Positions 7,944 to 16,232 of a DNA stretch of 20,448 nt are shown piece by piece. The notes under the pieces were generated by a model. That model did not search any database. It was not told where the DNA came from and saw nothing but the letters and a program-made list of their open reading frames with translations. The first letter of the stretch is position 1, and every line of letters starts with the position of its first letter. Source of the stretch: a virus; IMG/VR virus record IMGVR_UViG_3300040770_000293, positions 1 to 20,448 of that record; one strand, given 5' to 3'. A program made the position numbers and the translations under genes.

Positions 7944-8058
7944 TTTATAAGGTGGACACCACTAAGTACTGTAAATAAAGGGCTTAATAAGCCTTAAACC
8001 ATATTACTGAATCGAGGGCGTTTCGTTATAAAAATATTATTAACATAAATTAACAGTT

Positions 8059-8415
8059 ATGCAAACAAAGCAACTATTAACAATAGAATTTAGATATACT
8101 AATAAAAGAACAGACGATTATAAAACTAGAACAGTAACTATAGGAGTTTATGATACTTTTGATGGGGCTGTATTGGATGGAAATAAACAATTAGAGCTAC
8201 TTGAAAGCAAATTTCCCTTGCATAAGTTTCCAAGTGGTAAGCAAGCCAATAGAGAAAGGTTTAGTTTAAATGGAGGATGTTTTGGAAGTAAAAATACTTT
8301 AATTAATAACTTAGCTTATTTGAAAGCACCCTTTGATTTTTACTTTAAAATCACTGAACTTAAGTACTTATCTTTAGAGGATAGTTTGTTAATGGTTATG
8401 GAGGATATGAAATAA
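8059..8415 (+). CDS. hypothetical phage protein
   Basis: 118 aa ORF with typical leader. Confidence 0.8.
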   Translation: MQTKQLLTIEFRYTNKRTDDYKTRTVTIGVYDTFDGAVLDGNKQLELLESKFPLHKFPSGKQANRERFSLNGGCFGSKNTLINNLAYLKAPFDFYFKITELKYLSLEDSLLMVMEDMK

Positions 8416-8455
8416 CTGTTTTTAATTTTCTTTTGCGGAAATTTAACTAAAAAAG

Positions 8456-8487
8456 TTTGTATAAACAGACAAAAAACACTATCTTTG
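8456..8487 (+). promoter_or_regulatory. Bacteroidota sigma70-type promoter
   Basis: TTTG(8456-8459)-N20-TATCTTTG(8480-8487). Confidence 0.75.
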
Positions 8488-8510
8488 ATTAACAAATAAA
8501 ACAAATAACT

Positions 8511-8729
8511 ATGACAATTACACTATATTTACAGAAAGAAACTTTATTAAGAGATTTAGAAACACTAAAAGGAGTGTTTAATGCAAAACAACCCGAAGTA
8601 GTTCAATCAATTCGTAATTATTTACCATCTTTAAATATATCTTCAAGTGAATTTACTAGAGATAACGTAATTATTCAAGTAAGTCCCGAAGAGTTTGCGT
8701 TAATAGGAATATTTAATGGAGGTTTATAA
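8511..8729 (+). CDS. hypothetical protein
   Basis: 72 aa, follows promoter. Confidence 0.75.
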   Translation: MTITLYLQKETLLRDLETLKGVFNAKQPEVVQSIRNYLPSLNISSSEFTRDNVIIQVSPEEFALIGIFNGGL

Positions 8730-8842
8730 ATAATTAATTTTTAATATCCTATTTTTATTTTCAGTTTTTTATGCCGAAATTTAAATTATAATAATAACTA
8801 ATAGATTTAGACGCTTTTATCTTTAAAAAAGACGTGCCAAAT

Positions 8843-9433
8843 ATGAGAACAATTAGAACAAAGGTTTACAAGTTTGAAGAGTTGAACGAGGAAGCAAAAC
8901 AAGTTGCAATTGAAAGAGTAAGACAAGATTATTACGAATATAATGATTTTGCAAGTTGGGCAGTTGACGATTGCGCCTTATTTGAACCAATACAAACGGA
9001 ATTAGATTTAATAGATTTTAAAGGAAATGATTTTATCATTTCTAATAATAGAAAAAAAATATACTTTGATACAGATAGGAGTAGTTTTTTAGATTGTGCC
9101 GAAGCATTAAAAGTTGAACACTGTGATTATTTTTACAAGTGGTTAGGTATTATAGATGAATTTCTTTTACAAAAAATTAATTTTGAAATTTACACGCCTA
9201 ATTATATAAATGCAGATACAACCATTGAATTTACTTGTGACGAGGATTTTGATTGTTTTACAAATGAGGAAGAAACAGTTTTAGCTTTTTCTAAACTAAA
9301 ATTTGATAATCATATTCAAAGTGTTTTAAAAAGAATAGAATCAGAAATTAATTATAGATTTACAGATGAAGCTATAATAGAAGATATTTTAGCTAATGAA
9401 TATGAATTTTTAAGTAATGGTAAACAATTTTAA
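8843..9433 (+). CDS. conserved acidic phage protein of unknown function
   Basis: N-term MRTIRTKVYKFEELNEEAKQVAIE and C-term TDEAIIEDILANEYEFLSNG resemble a widespread phage/MGE family (recalled); ATG 8843 preferred over GTG 8834. Confidence 0.8.
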   Translation: MRTIRTKVYKFEELNEEAKQVAIERVRQDYYEYNDFASWAVDDCALFEPIQTELDLIDFKGNDFIISNNRKKIYFDTDRSSFLDCAEALKVEHCDYFYKWLGIIDEFLLQKINFEIYTPNYINADTTIEFTCDEDFDCFTNEEETVLAFSKLKFDNHIQSVLKRIESEINYRFTDEAIIEDILANEYEFLSNGKQF

Positions 9434-9435
9434 TT

Positions 9436-9600
9436 ATGAAACTAATAAAACAGTCAAAGAAAAATAATATTAAAGTATTTGAACACTTTAATAAAAATGA
9501 AGGCACTTACTTTGTAGTCACTAATTACAGCAATACAAAATTTGTAGAAAAGTTATCAGATAGAAATTTAAGAGATTTAAATAGGTATTTAAAACTATGA
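9436..9600 (+). CDS. hypothetical protein (54 aa; not in ORF track)
   Basis: MKLIKQSKKN...YLKL; ATGA overlap with the next gene. Confidence 0.6.
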   Translation: MKLIKQSKKNNIKVFEHFNKNEGTYFVVTNYSNTKFVEKLSDRNLRDLNRYLKL

Positions 9601-9884
9601 AAATATATAATCCCGAACCTCTAAAACTTATTAGAGTATCAATAAGTAAAGCAAACGAAAAAACACAATACATTAACTTTAAAGATACAACACACAAAGA
9701 AGTAATTGACAACCTATCAAACTATATAGATAGCTTTAATTTAAGTGTTTTAAATAAAGGTGATAGAATACGCTTAGATATTAGAGAATGTTTAGGAGGC
9801 AAGAACGGTAAAAGTAAGAGTGTATCGTTTATAGGTTTAACAGTTTCTCAAATGCACGAAAAAATAATTAAAAAATACTCTTAA
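9597..9884 (+). CDS. hypothetical protein
   Basis: 95 aa. Confidence 0.75.
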   Translation: MKIYNPEPLKLIRVSISKANEKTQYINFKDTTHKEVIDNLSNYIDSFNLSVLNKGDRIRLDIRECLGGKNGKSKSVSFIGLTVSQMHEKIIKKYS

Positions 9885-9911
9885 ATAATTTTTTTATTCA
9901 ATAATTAGTTG

Positions 9912-9919
9912 TATATTTG
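9912..9919 (+). promoter_or_regulatory. -7 promoter box
   Basis: TATATTTG in the gap before ATG 9957. Confidence 0.55.
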
Positions 9920-9956
9920 TACAAGAAATAAATTATAACACTTAAAAAATAATACT

Positions 9957-10370
9957 ATGTTAGATACTAGAGAATTACAAACAGAAAGAGAAGATTTAGA
10001 ACAACAGATTTTAGATAGTTTTTTACAAGAGTTTCCACAATATGAAGATATGACTGATAACTTTGAAGATATTCGTTTTGAAGAGGAAGAAATTGAGAGT
10101 TGGAAAGAAGAGTGGTTAGATGAGATAGTAACCATTACAGATATTGAAAAATTAGAATATGAAATTGGTTCAGAATGGGAGTATGGAGTAACTTTGATTG
10201 AGGAAGATGAGTTTGAAGATTATTGTGAGGAATTTGTTGAAGACTGTTATGGTTTAAAAGATGTTCCCTCTTTAATTAGAAATAATATTAATTGGGAGGG
10301 CGTTGTATACGATATGAGACAAGATTATTCAGAGGTTGTTTATAATGGTAATACATATTTATACAGATGA
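9957..10370 (+). CDS. ArdA-like antirestriction / DNA-mimic protein
   Basis: About 30% D+E; FEDYCEEFVEDCYGLKDVPSLIRNNINWEGVVYDM resembles the ArdA C-terminal domain. Confidence 0.65.
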   Translation: MLDTRELQTEREDLEQQILDSFLQEFPQYEDMTDNFEDIRFEEEEIESWKEEWLDEIVTITDIEKLEYEIGSEWEYGVTLIEEDEFEDYCEEFVEDCYGLKDVPSLIRNNINWEGVVYDMRQDYSEVVYNGNTYLYR

Positions 10371-10663
10371 GAAATTATAAAAAATACCGTTCAACAGTTG
10401 TAGATTTATTTCAATCTTTTTTGGCGGAAAAAATAGAAAAGAGAGAGTTAATCTTTGCACTAACAGAAATTGACAAAGAGATAAGAAAAAATCCTAAAAC
10501 ATTAAAAGGTTTATGGTTTAAATTCTTTAAAGATGATGCAGGAGCAACTACTATAGCAGATTTATATTATGATATTGACAGCAAAGTTAATCAAAGCTAT
10601 ATCTTTGAATGTATGCAAATATCAATAGACAACCCAAAAGAATTACAAATATACTATTCTTAA
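10367..10663 (+). CDS. hypothetical protein
   Basis: 98 aa, ATGA overlap. Confidence 0.75.
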   Translation: MRNYKKYRSTVVDLFQSFLAEKIEKRELIFALTEIDKEIRKNPKTLKGLWFKFFKDDAGATTIADLYYDIDSKVNQSYIFECMQISIDNPKELQIYYS

Positions 10664-10674
10664 AAACTAAAAAT

Positions 10675-11268
10675 ATGAAAACTACAATAAACACAAACTT
10701 GTTTCCTATCATTTCAGTTGGTATGTATGATAGTTATTTGTCACCCGAAAATATGTTTGATGACTATCAAATTAACGAGGACTTTGAAAATGGTGATTTT
10801 GATATGACTGCGGAAGATTATTGGAATAGATTTGACAACGAAAAATATACAAAAGAAATTCAGCATCAAGCAGATAATCTTTTAAGCGGAGAAATTGAAG
10901 CGGAAGGTATCACAATTAAAATTGAAGTTGGTGAGTTGTATAGTCCTAGATTTTACAATTTTGCAACCGACCAAGTAGAATTGACAGTTGACTATGACAA
11001 AGATGAGATCTTAAATTTCGCAAAAGAAAATAAAGAAGAGTTCAACAGTTTCTTAAAAGACAATTACAGTTCTTACGATGGTTTTTCAAGCAGTACAGCT
11101 AATAACTATTCAGAATGGTTAGAAGACTTCACAACAGATAATGTACAAAGTATTGGAGCAGTATTGACTTTTATCTTTGAAGATGAGATAGACGACTATC
11201 AAGAAAATTTTTTAGAAACTTGTAACGAAAATATATTTTATTCAGAGTTTATTAGAGAAACCATTTAA
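10675..11268 (+). CDS. conserved acidic phage protein
   Basis: Motifs LYSPRFYNFATD and YSSYDGFSS; strongly acidic; ATG 10675 preferred over 10609. Confidence 0.8.
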   Translation: MKTTINTNLFPIISVGMYDSYLSPENMFDDYQINEDFENGDFDMTAEDYWNRFDNEKYTKEIQHQADNLLSGEIEAEGITIKIEVGELYSPRFYNFATDQVELTVDYDKDEILNFAKENKEEFNSFLKDNYSSYDGFSSSTANNYSEWLEDFTTDNVQSIGAVLTFIFEDEIDDYQENFLETCNENIFYSEFIRETI

Positions 11269-11278
11269 AAATAATATT

Positions 11279-11449
11279 ATGAAAATAGATAGAGAATTAT
11301 TAGAAACAACAAACTCTGTTTATAGAATTACAAATCTTTTAGAAGACGATTTTAAACATATCGAGCAGTATTTAAGCAGGGAGTTTATAGAGATTTTATA
11401 TAAGGAGAGAGAAAACCTTATCGATGAAGAACAAAGACGAAACATTTAA
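11279..11449 (+). CDS. hypothetical protein (56 aa; not in ORF track)
   Basis: MKIDRELLET...EQRRNI. Confidence 0.6.
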   Translation: MKIDRELLETTNSVYRITNLLEDDFKHIEQYLSREFIEILYKERENLIDEEQRRNI

Positions 11450-11461
11450 AAACAGAAAATT

Positions 11462-11635
11462 ATGACACATAAAACATTTTATTTAAACAATACAGCAAAA
11501 CACCACGTAAACGAATACGTAAATAGTGAAGGCGACCATTACTCGGATTTAGTCAGTTATGAGTCAAGAGTTGCGAGTTATAACCATTTAACAAATGAAA
11601 TGAGTGTTTACGGGTATTACAGTGCAACAACATAA
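11462..11635 (+). pseudogene. 5' part of a small phage gene interrupted by the GIY-YIG gene
   Basis: 57 aa MTHKTFY...LVSYESRVA...YGYYSATT*, ending mid-motif. Confidence 0.6.
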
Positions 11636-11719
11636 AAAATTATTTAATATAAATTAATTAGTTTTCATATATAAAAAAGTTTTATTATATTTACCCATAT
11701 TAATAAAACTAATTGTAAA

Positions 11720-12769
11720 ATGGTAAAATTTGAATGGACTTTAGAATTATGTAAACAGGAATCTATAAAATACACTAGAAAAATCGACTTTTTAAAATCT
11801 TGTGGACAAGCTTATAGGATAGCTCATAAAAAAGGATGGTTAAATGAGATTTGTTCTCATATGGTTGAAGGTAGAAAACCTAATAGGTATTGGAACAAAG
11901 AAAATTGTGCGAAAGAAGCAAGTAAGTATAAACACAAGAAAGATTTTCAAGAAAACAACCCTTCTGCTTATGTTGTTGCACATAGAAGTGGATGGCTTGA
12001 AGAAATATGTAGTCATATGATTCCTTTAGGTAATATACAAAAAAGGTATATTTATAAGGCAATTTTTTATGATGATTGTGTTTATATTGGTTTAACGTGT
12101 AATCCTGAAAAGAGGTTTAATAGCCATTTATCAGATGAAAAAAGTTCAGTTTATAAACATATGTTAGAAACTAACAGTAAACCTGTTTTTGAGTTAATCA
12201 GTGATACACTTTATTCAAAAGAGGACGCTTCCGAATTGGAGGATTTAATAGTCGAAGAATATAAAAAATTAGGTAAGTGCATCCTTAATAAAAATAAAGC
12301 AGGGGGATTAGGAGGAGGAAAAATAAAATGGACTTTTGAAATATGTAGATTAGAGGCGTTAAAATATACTACTAAAAAAGAATTTATTTTAAACAATGAA
12401 AATGCTTATAATGCGTGTTTAAAAAATAAATGGATAGGTTTGGTATGTTCTCATATGGTTGAACTTAAAAAACTTAACAATTATTGGACTAAAGAAAGAT
12501 GCCATGAAAAAGCATTAAAATACTCTTTACGTTCTCAATTTATAAAAGAAGCTAATAGTATTTACAGCAAAGCCTTTGCAAAAGGATGGGCGGAGGAAAT
12601 TTGTTCACATATGATAGATACTAGAAAATCAAGAAATTATTGGAATTACGAGAATTGTAAAACAGAGGCAAAAAAATACACAAATAGGTTTAAATTTAAA
12701 ATAGGTTCGAGCGGAGCTTTTGGATGGGCTAGAAAAAATAATTGGTTAGAAGATTTCTTTCCAAAATAA
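11720..12769 (+). CDS. GIY-YIG homing endonuclease with five ~52 aa repeats
   Basis: YIY...VYIGLT...KRFNSH...ASELE...ILN catalytic domain, flanked by two plus three WxxExCxxEAxKY...AY...GWLxEICSHM repeats. Confidence 0.85.
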   Translation: MVKFEWTLELCKQESIKYTRKIDFLKSCGQAYRIAHKKGWLNEICSHMVEGRKPNRYWNKENCAKEASKYKHKKDFQENNPSAYVVAHRSGWLEEICSHMIPLGNIQKRYIYKAIFYDDCVYIGLTCNPEKRFNSHLSDEKSSVYKHMLETNSKPVFELISDTLYSKEDASELEDLIVEEYKKLGKCILNKNKAGGLGGGKIKWTFEICRLEALKYTTKKEFILNNENAYNACLKNKWIGLVCSHMVELKKLNNYWTKERCHEKALKYSLRSQFIKEANSIYSKAFAKGWAEEICSHMIDTRKSRNYWNYENCKTEAKKYTNRFKFKIGSSGAFGWARKNNWLEDFFPK

Positions 12770-12775
12770 TTAAAT

Positions 12776-12847
12776 CAAAATTTATTTCTCGAATACTATG
12801 GTTTTGACAAGTGCAACAAAAAAGAATTAGAAAACTATAATAACTAG
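12776..12847 (+). pseudogene. 3' remnant of the interrupted gene
   Basis: Start-less frame QNLFLEYYGFDKCNKKELENYNN* right after the endonuclease stop. Confidence 0.55.
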
Positions 12848-12929
12848 ATACATATTAATAATGGCGTATACAGGAATTATTGGTAGGAATGTATACGCTC
12901 GTTATTATTTAATTTAAAAAGGTTTAATT

Positions 12930-13190
12930 ATGAAAAACTTAGAAGAATACCTAGAAGTACATTATGATATAGTAGAATTTATATCAGAACATTTAACAGC
13001 TTGGAAAGGTGATGATGCTTGGTCAACAATATTAAAACGATATAAAGAGCAAGGGAGAGGTGCAATGTATGAATTAGCAAAAGAGTGGGTTGATATTTTT
13101 ATGAGAGATTATGAAAATATTGAGTGGGGAGTTGATTTAGAGTATTACGATACAATTGAAGAGTTTTGCAGAATTAAAAATAAAGAATAG
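12930..13190 (+). CDS. hypothetical phage protein
   Basis: 86 aa, acidic. Confidence 0.8.
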   Translation: MKNLEEYLEVHYDIVEFISEHLTAWKGDDAWSTILKRYKEQGRGAMYELAKEWVDIFMRDYENIEWGVDLEYYDTIEEFCRIKNKE

Positions 13191-13192
13191 TT

Positions 13193-13420
13193 ATGAATAC
13201 ATACTTGAATACTCTAATGGAATCAGAAGAAATTCAGTTTTATTTAAGAAACTTTGGAGGAGGTTTAAAGAAAAATCCAACATATAGAAAATATGAAAAT
13301 TTAAGTAAAACAGAAATACTTAGATTATATGATTTAGTTAATAATAGAACTTCTAATTTATCTAAAAAGGAAAGAGATTTAGTTATTTATTTCGCCGAAA
13401 AACAACTTAAAAAGATTTAA
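13193..13420 (+). CDS. hypothetical protein
   Basis: 75 aa, operon packing. Confidence 0.75.
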   Translation: MNTYLNTLMESEEIQFYLRNFGGGLKKNPTYRKYENLSKTEILRLYDLVNNRTSNLSKKERDLVIYFAEKQLKKI

Positions 13421-13422
13421 TT

Positions 13423-13647
13423 ATGAAAACTAAAAGAGAATTAGCAGAAAATCAAATTAGAATACAAGAAGCTATGCAAAATGCAGGTTTTAATGTAGTA
13501 ACTTGTGGTAATTGTGGGAATATACTTTTACACGAAATAGAAGATGAAAGTATTGAATGTTTTTGTGAGCAAGAAATGGATTTAAGTGATTGTCCAGACT
13601 TTTGGTATGAAGGCTGTCAAGATAATGTAGAATTTAACCAAGAGTAA
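13423..13647 (+). CDS. small zinc-ribbon protein
   Basis: CGNCG...CFC...DCPD cysteine pattern. Confidence 0.75.
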   Translation: MKTKRELAENQIRIQEAMQNAGFNVVTCGNCGNILLHEIEDESIECFCEQEMDLSDCPDFWYEGCQDNVEFNQE

Positions 13648-13649
13648 TT

Positions 13650-13829
13650 ATGAGGAAGTTATTTAGATTATCAGTTATTATAACAATATTCTTCACTGTT
13701 TTATTCTTTTTTGCGTGGATTTTTGAAGCAAACACTTATAGATTGGATAGATGTATGTATTATTCTGTTTCAACAACAGTTTGTTTATTTGGAATTAATT
13801 TATTATTTGGATTTAGGGGAGAAAATTAA
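13650..13829 (+). CDS. small membrane protein (59 aa; not in ORF track)
   Basis: MRKLFRLSVIITIFFTVLFFFAWIF... with two hydrophobic segments. Confidence 0.6.
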   Translation: MRKLFRLSVIITIFFTVLFFFAWIFEANTYRLDRCMYYSVSTTVCLFGINLLFGFRGEN

Positions 13830-13849
13830 AAACACTAAAATTTAATATT

Positions 13850-14080
13850 ATGGAAAAGTTTGCAAGAAAAGATAGTGTTAGGGGAAAGGGGATGAATGAA
13901 GGTTATTGTTTTAATGATGGTGATTTTTATTGTGCTTCATCATTAGATGCCTTAGATAAATGTGAACAATTAGGTTATGATACAATGGATGAAGCTTTTG
14001 ATGATGAAGTGTATTATTGGACAGAATGGGAAGTAGAGGAGGAATATTATGATGAAGAAGGGAATGAATATTTAAATTAA
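13850..14080 (+). CDS. very acidic small phage protein
   Basis: GKGMNEGY...YYWTEWEVEEEYYDEEG. Confidence 0.8.
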   Translation: MEKFARKDSVRGKGMNEGYCFNDGDFYCASSLDALDKCEQLGYDTMDEAFDDEVYYWTEWEVEEEYYDEEGNEYLN

Positions 14081-14085
14081 TTATT

Positions 14086-14241
14086 ATGAATAGCATTAAC
14101 GAAATAAACTTCTATATTAATATTGTATTAAATTTTCAGTTTTGGGCAATTATCCCAGCTTTAAATATTAATATAAATTCAAGAGAATTGGAGTTTGAAT
14201 GGTTATGTTTAGGAATTTATTTAGGCTTAAAAAATGGATAA
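14086..14241 (+). CDS. hydrophobic hypothetical protein (51 aa; not in ORF track)
   Basis: MNSINEINFY...FEWLCLGIYLG; fills an operon gap. Confidence 0.55.
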   Translation: MNSINEINFYINIVLNFQFWAIIPALNININSRELEFEWLCLGIYLGLKNG

Positions 14242-14620
14242 GGATATACTTTTACAGAAAATAAAAGATAAAAAATATAATCACGAACAGTTATTAAGTT
14301 GGGTAACAGTTTTACCAGCAAATCCTGAAAAAAGAAAACCTATTGAATATAAAGCAGGAGATGTTCTTATGCACGGAGTATTTAAGCACCCTTACATACT
14401 TTTAAAGAAGAGAAAAACAGATTGGGTTTGTGGTTTATTAACTTCAGAAGAAAATTGTCCAGAAATATTAGAAGTTTGTCAATCCAGGTTTTTCTCAACT
14501 AATTACATAACTAAAGCATTATTTACAACAACAGAAATACAAGGTAGTTTTATTAATGTTTATGGAAATGATTCTCACCTAAAAAAGGTTTTAATTAAAC
14601 TAAAAGAAAATTTAAAATGA
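14234..14620 (+). CDS. hypothetical phage protein
   Basis: 128 aa. Confidence 0.8.
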   Translation: MDKDILLQKIKDKKYNHEQLLSWVTVLPANPEKRKPIEYKAGDVLMHGVFKHPYILLKKRKTDWVCGLLTSEENCPEILEVCQSRFFSTNYITKALFTTTEIQGSFINVYGNDSHLKKVLIKLKENLK

Positions 14621-15045
14621 AAAAATTAATTATAATATTATTATTCCCTTTATTAGGGTATAGTCAAAATACAGTATCAACCTTAGTAGGTTACAAATCA
14701 TTTGAAGTAAACTTTAAAATGAAGGGAGATTTAAATTACGGAGTTGCTGTTTCTATAACTGACGCAAAAGAAGTTGCTAAAAGAGCTACAAGAATGGATC
14801 ATCCAAATAAACATATTGCAAAAGACAAACTAACACCTTCACTGTTTTTCTTAATTGGAGCTACTTTTGAAGATATTACAATTACAGGTAAATTAGGTGC
14901 AACTTATTTTGAACAAAATATAAACGGCAAAAAAGAAGCTCAAAATATTTATAGAAGTGTAGGGGTGCAAGTCCAATATAAAAAATTTATATTCTCTTAT
15001 GATAGTGCAAATTCAGCTATGATAGGTTATGAAATTACATTATAA
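14617..15045 (+). CDS. exported protein, probable small outer-membrane beta-barrel
   Basis: Signal peptide MKKLIIILLFPLLGYS/Q, alternating hydrophobic beta strands, C-terminal IGYEITL. Confidence 0.65.
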   Translation: MKKLIIILLFPLLGYSQNTVSTLVGYKSFEVNFKMKGDLNYGVAVSITDAKEVAKRATRMDHPNKHIAKDKLTPSLFFLIGATFEDITITGKLGATYFEQNINGKKEAQNIYRSVGVQVQYKKFIFSYDSANSAMIGYEITL

Positions 15046-15047
15046 TT

Positions 15048-15218
15048 ATGGATATTCAAGAGGTTATAAACACCTTAAAAAACTATAAAGGTAAAACACT
15101 ATCAACAGATAAAGCCTGTTGGTTTTGGAGAATTCAAATAGACACTTACAATTTAATAAACAGAAATATTATTGAAGAAATTATTTTAGAGGGAGAAACA
15201 TTTTATAAAATTTTATAA
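15048..15218 (+). CDS. hypothetical protein (56 aa; not in ORF track)
   Basis: MDIQEVINTL...FYKIL. Confidence 0.6.
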   Translation: MDIQEVINTLKNYKGKTLSTDKACWFWRIQIDTYNLINRNIIEEIILEGETFYKIL

Positions 15219-15227
15219 AAGATAAGA

Positions 15228-15455
15228 ATGAAAAAAGTATTAATTGTAGGCGCAGATATTCCTATGGGAGCGCAAATAGCAAAATCAATGCAAGAAATAG
15301 AAAGAGGAATAGAAATAGTGACTAATAATCACGAAATTAAAGATGTAATGAGAAGTGAATGGTTGCTTAAAAATGAAGTTATAGAGCCATTGATTACTAT
15401 TACTGATAAAAATGGAAATTACTTTGAAAAACCAAAATCTAAATATCATAAATAA
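15228..15455 (+). CDS. hypothetical protein
   Basis: 75 aa; its stop TAA is part of TAAC 15453-15456. Confidence 0.7.
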   Translation: MKKVLIVGADIPMGAQIAKSMQEIERGIEIVTNNHEIKDVMRSEWLLKNEVIEPLITITDKNGNYFEKPKSKYHK

Positions 15456-15571
15456 CGTAATCGTAGCCTTGCTACTAGCTGTTATAGGTTGTGGCGGGTA
15501 GATTCGGCAAATAGACCTTATCGTGTGTTAGGGATATACCACGAAATACTAATCAATCAAAATTTATAAAA

Positions 15572-15853
15572 ATGACACATTTAGAAAAAGCAAAAGAGAT
15601 TTTAGAAAAAGTCAACAACGGTAAAATATCAAAAGCATTATGGGAAAATTGTTCAAATTATGCTAAAACAGATTTAAAAAGAAAAGCATTTTTGATAGTG
15701 GATGAAGTTGTTTCAGCACTCACGGAACTAGGAGAAGAACTTCATAATAAACAAGGTAGTGATTCTTACAATGCAAGGTGCTTAAATCACGATAAAAAAG
15801 CATATTACAAAGATGTAAGAGAGTCTATCGGTAATTTTAATCTACTCCAATAG
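15572..15853 (+). CDS. hypothetical protein, cassette 1
   Basis: 93 aa; stop lies 2 nt before the cassette end motif. Confidence 0.75.
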   Translation: MTHLEKAKEILEKVNNGKISKALWENCSNYAKTDLKRKAFLIVDEVVSALTELGEELHNKQGSDSYNARCLNHDKKAYYKDVRESIGNFNLLQ

Positions 15854-15864
15854 GCGGTTATCCC

Positions 15865-15987
15865 TAACGGATGGTGCTATACTTAGTGCCGATTTATGAA
15901 AACGAATTATTCTAACTAAAAAAAACGAACTTATGAAAACAGAAGTTAATAATACCGAAAACGAGGCATTGAGTATAGCAGGTGTTA
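15865..15987 (-). repeat. attC-like site (inverted relative to 956-1084)
   Basis: TAAC-GGATGG-TGCTATACTTAGTGCC(15875-15890)...GGCATTGAGTATAGCA(15965-15980)-GGT-GTTA; 14 WC plus 2 G.T pairs. Confidence 0.8.
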
Positions 15988-16229
15988 CCAGTAGTGTTTC
16001 TCATGATGATTGGCTATCAAAATTTAATAAGACAAAAGAGGGTAAAATGTTCAATCTTAATTATGAATTTAAAAGTTTAATTAATCCACTAACAAGAGGC
16101 AGTGTTAATCATTTATCTTATTTATCAAATGCTTTATGGATTGCTGTTAAAGGGACTAAAATGCAAGATGATGCTGAAGAAATGATAAAAAATATTTATC
16201 CTGATTTTTTTAATGATGTTACTAAATAA
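15933..16229 (+). CDS. hypothetical protein, cassette 2 first gene; starts inside the att hairpin loop
   Basis: N-terminal EALSIAGVTSS is encoded by the right arm and the GTTA core. Confidence 0.75.
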   Translation: MKTEVNNTENEALSIAGVTSSVSHDDWLSKFNKTKEGKMFNLNYEFKSLINPLTRGSVNHLSYLSNALWIAVKGTKMQDDAEEMIKNIYPDFFNDVTK

Positions 16230-16232
16230 ACT

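Noticed and set aside
11636-12775. Group I intron around the GIY-YIG gene
   Set aside because: Flanks are too short and A/T-only; no P7 or other core elements seen
11621-12819. 10-bp direct repeat AGTGCAACAA (11621-11630 and 12810-12819) as a target-site duplication
   Set aside because: The second copy lies inside the 3' gene remnant in a different frame; collapsing on it gives a prematurely stopped protein, so it is probably coincidental
15228-15455. NAD-binding Rossmann enzyme (MKKVLIVGAD...G)
   Set aside because: Only 75 aa with an incomplete glycine motif; too short for the fold
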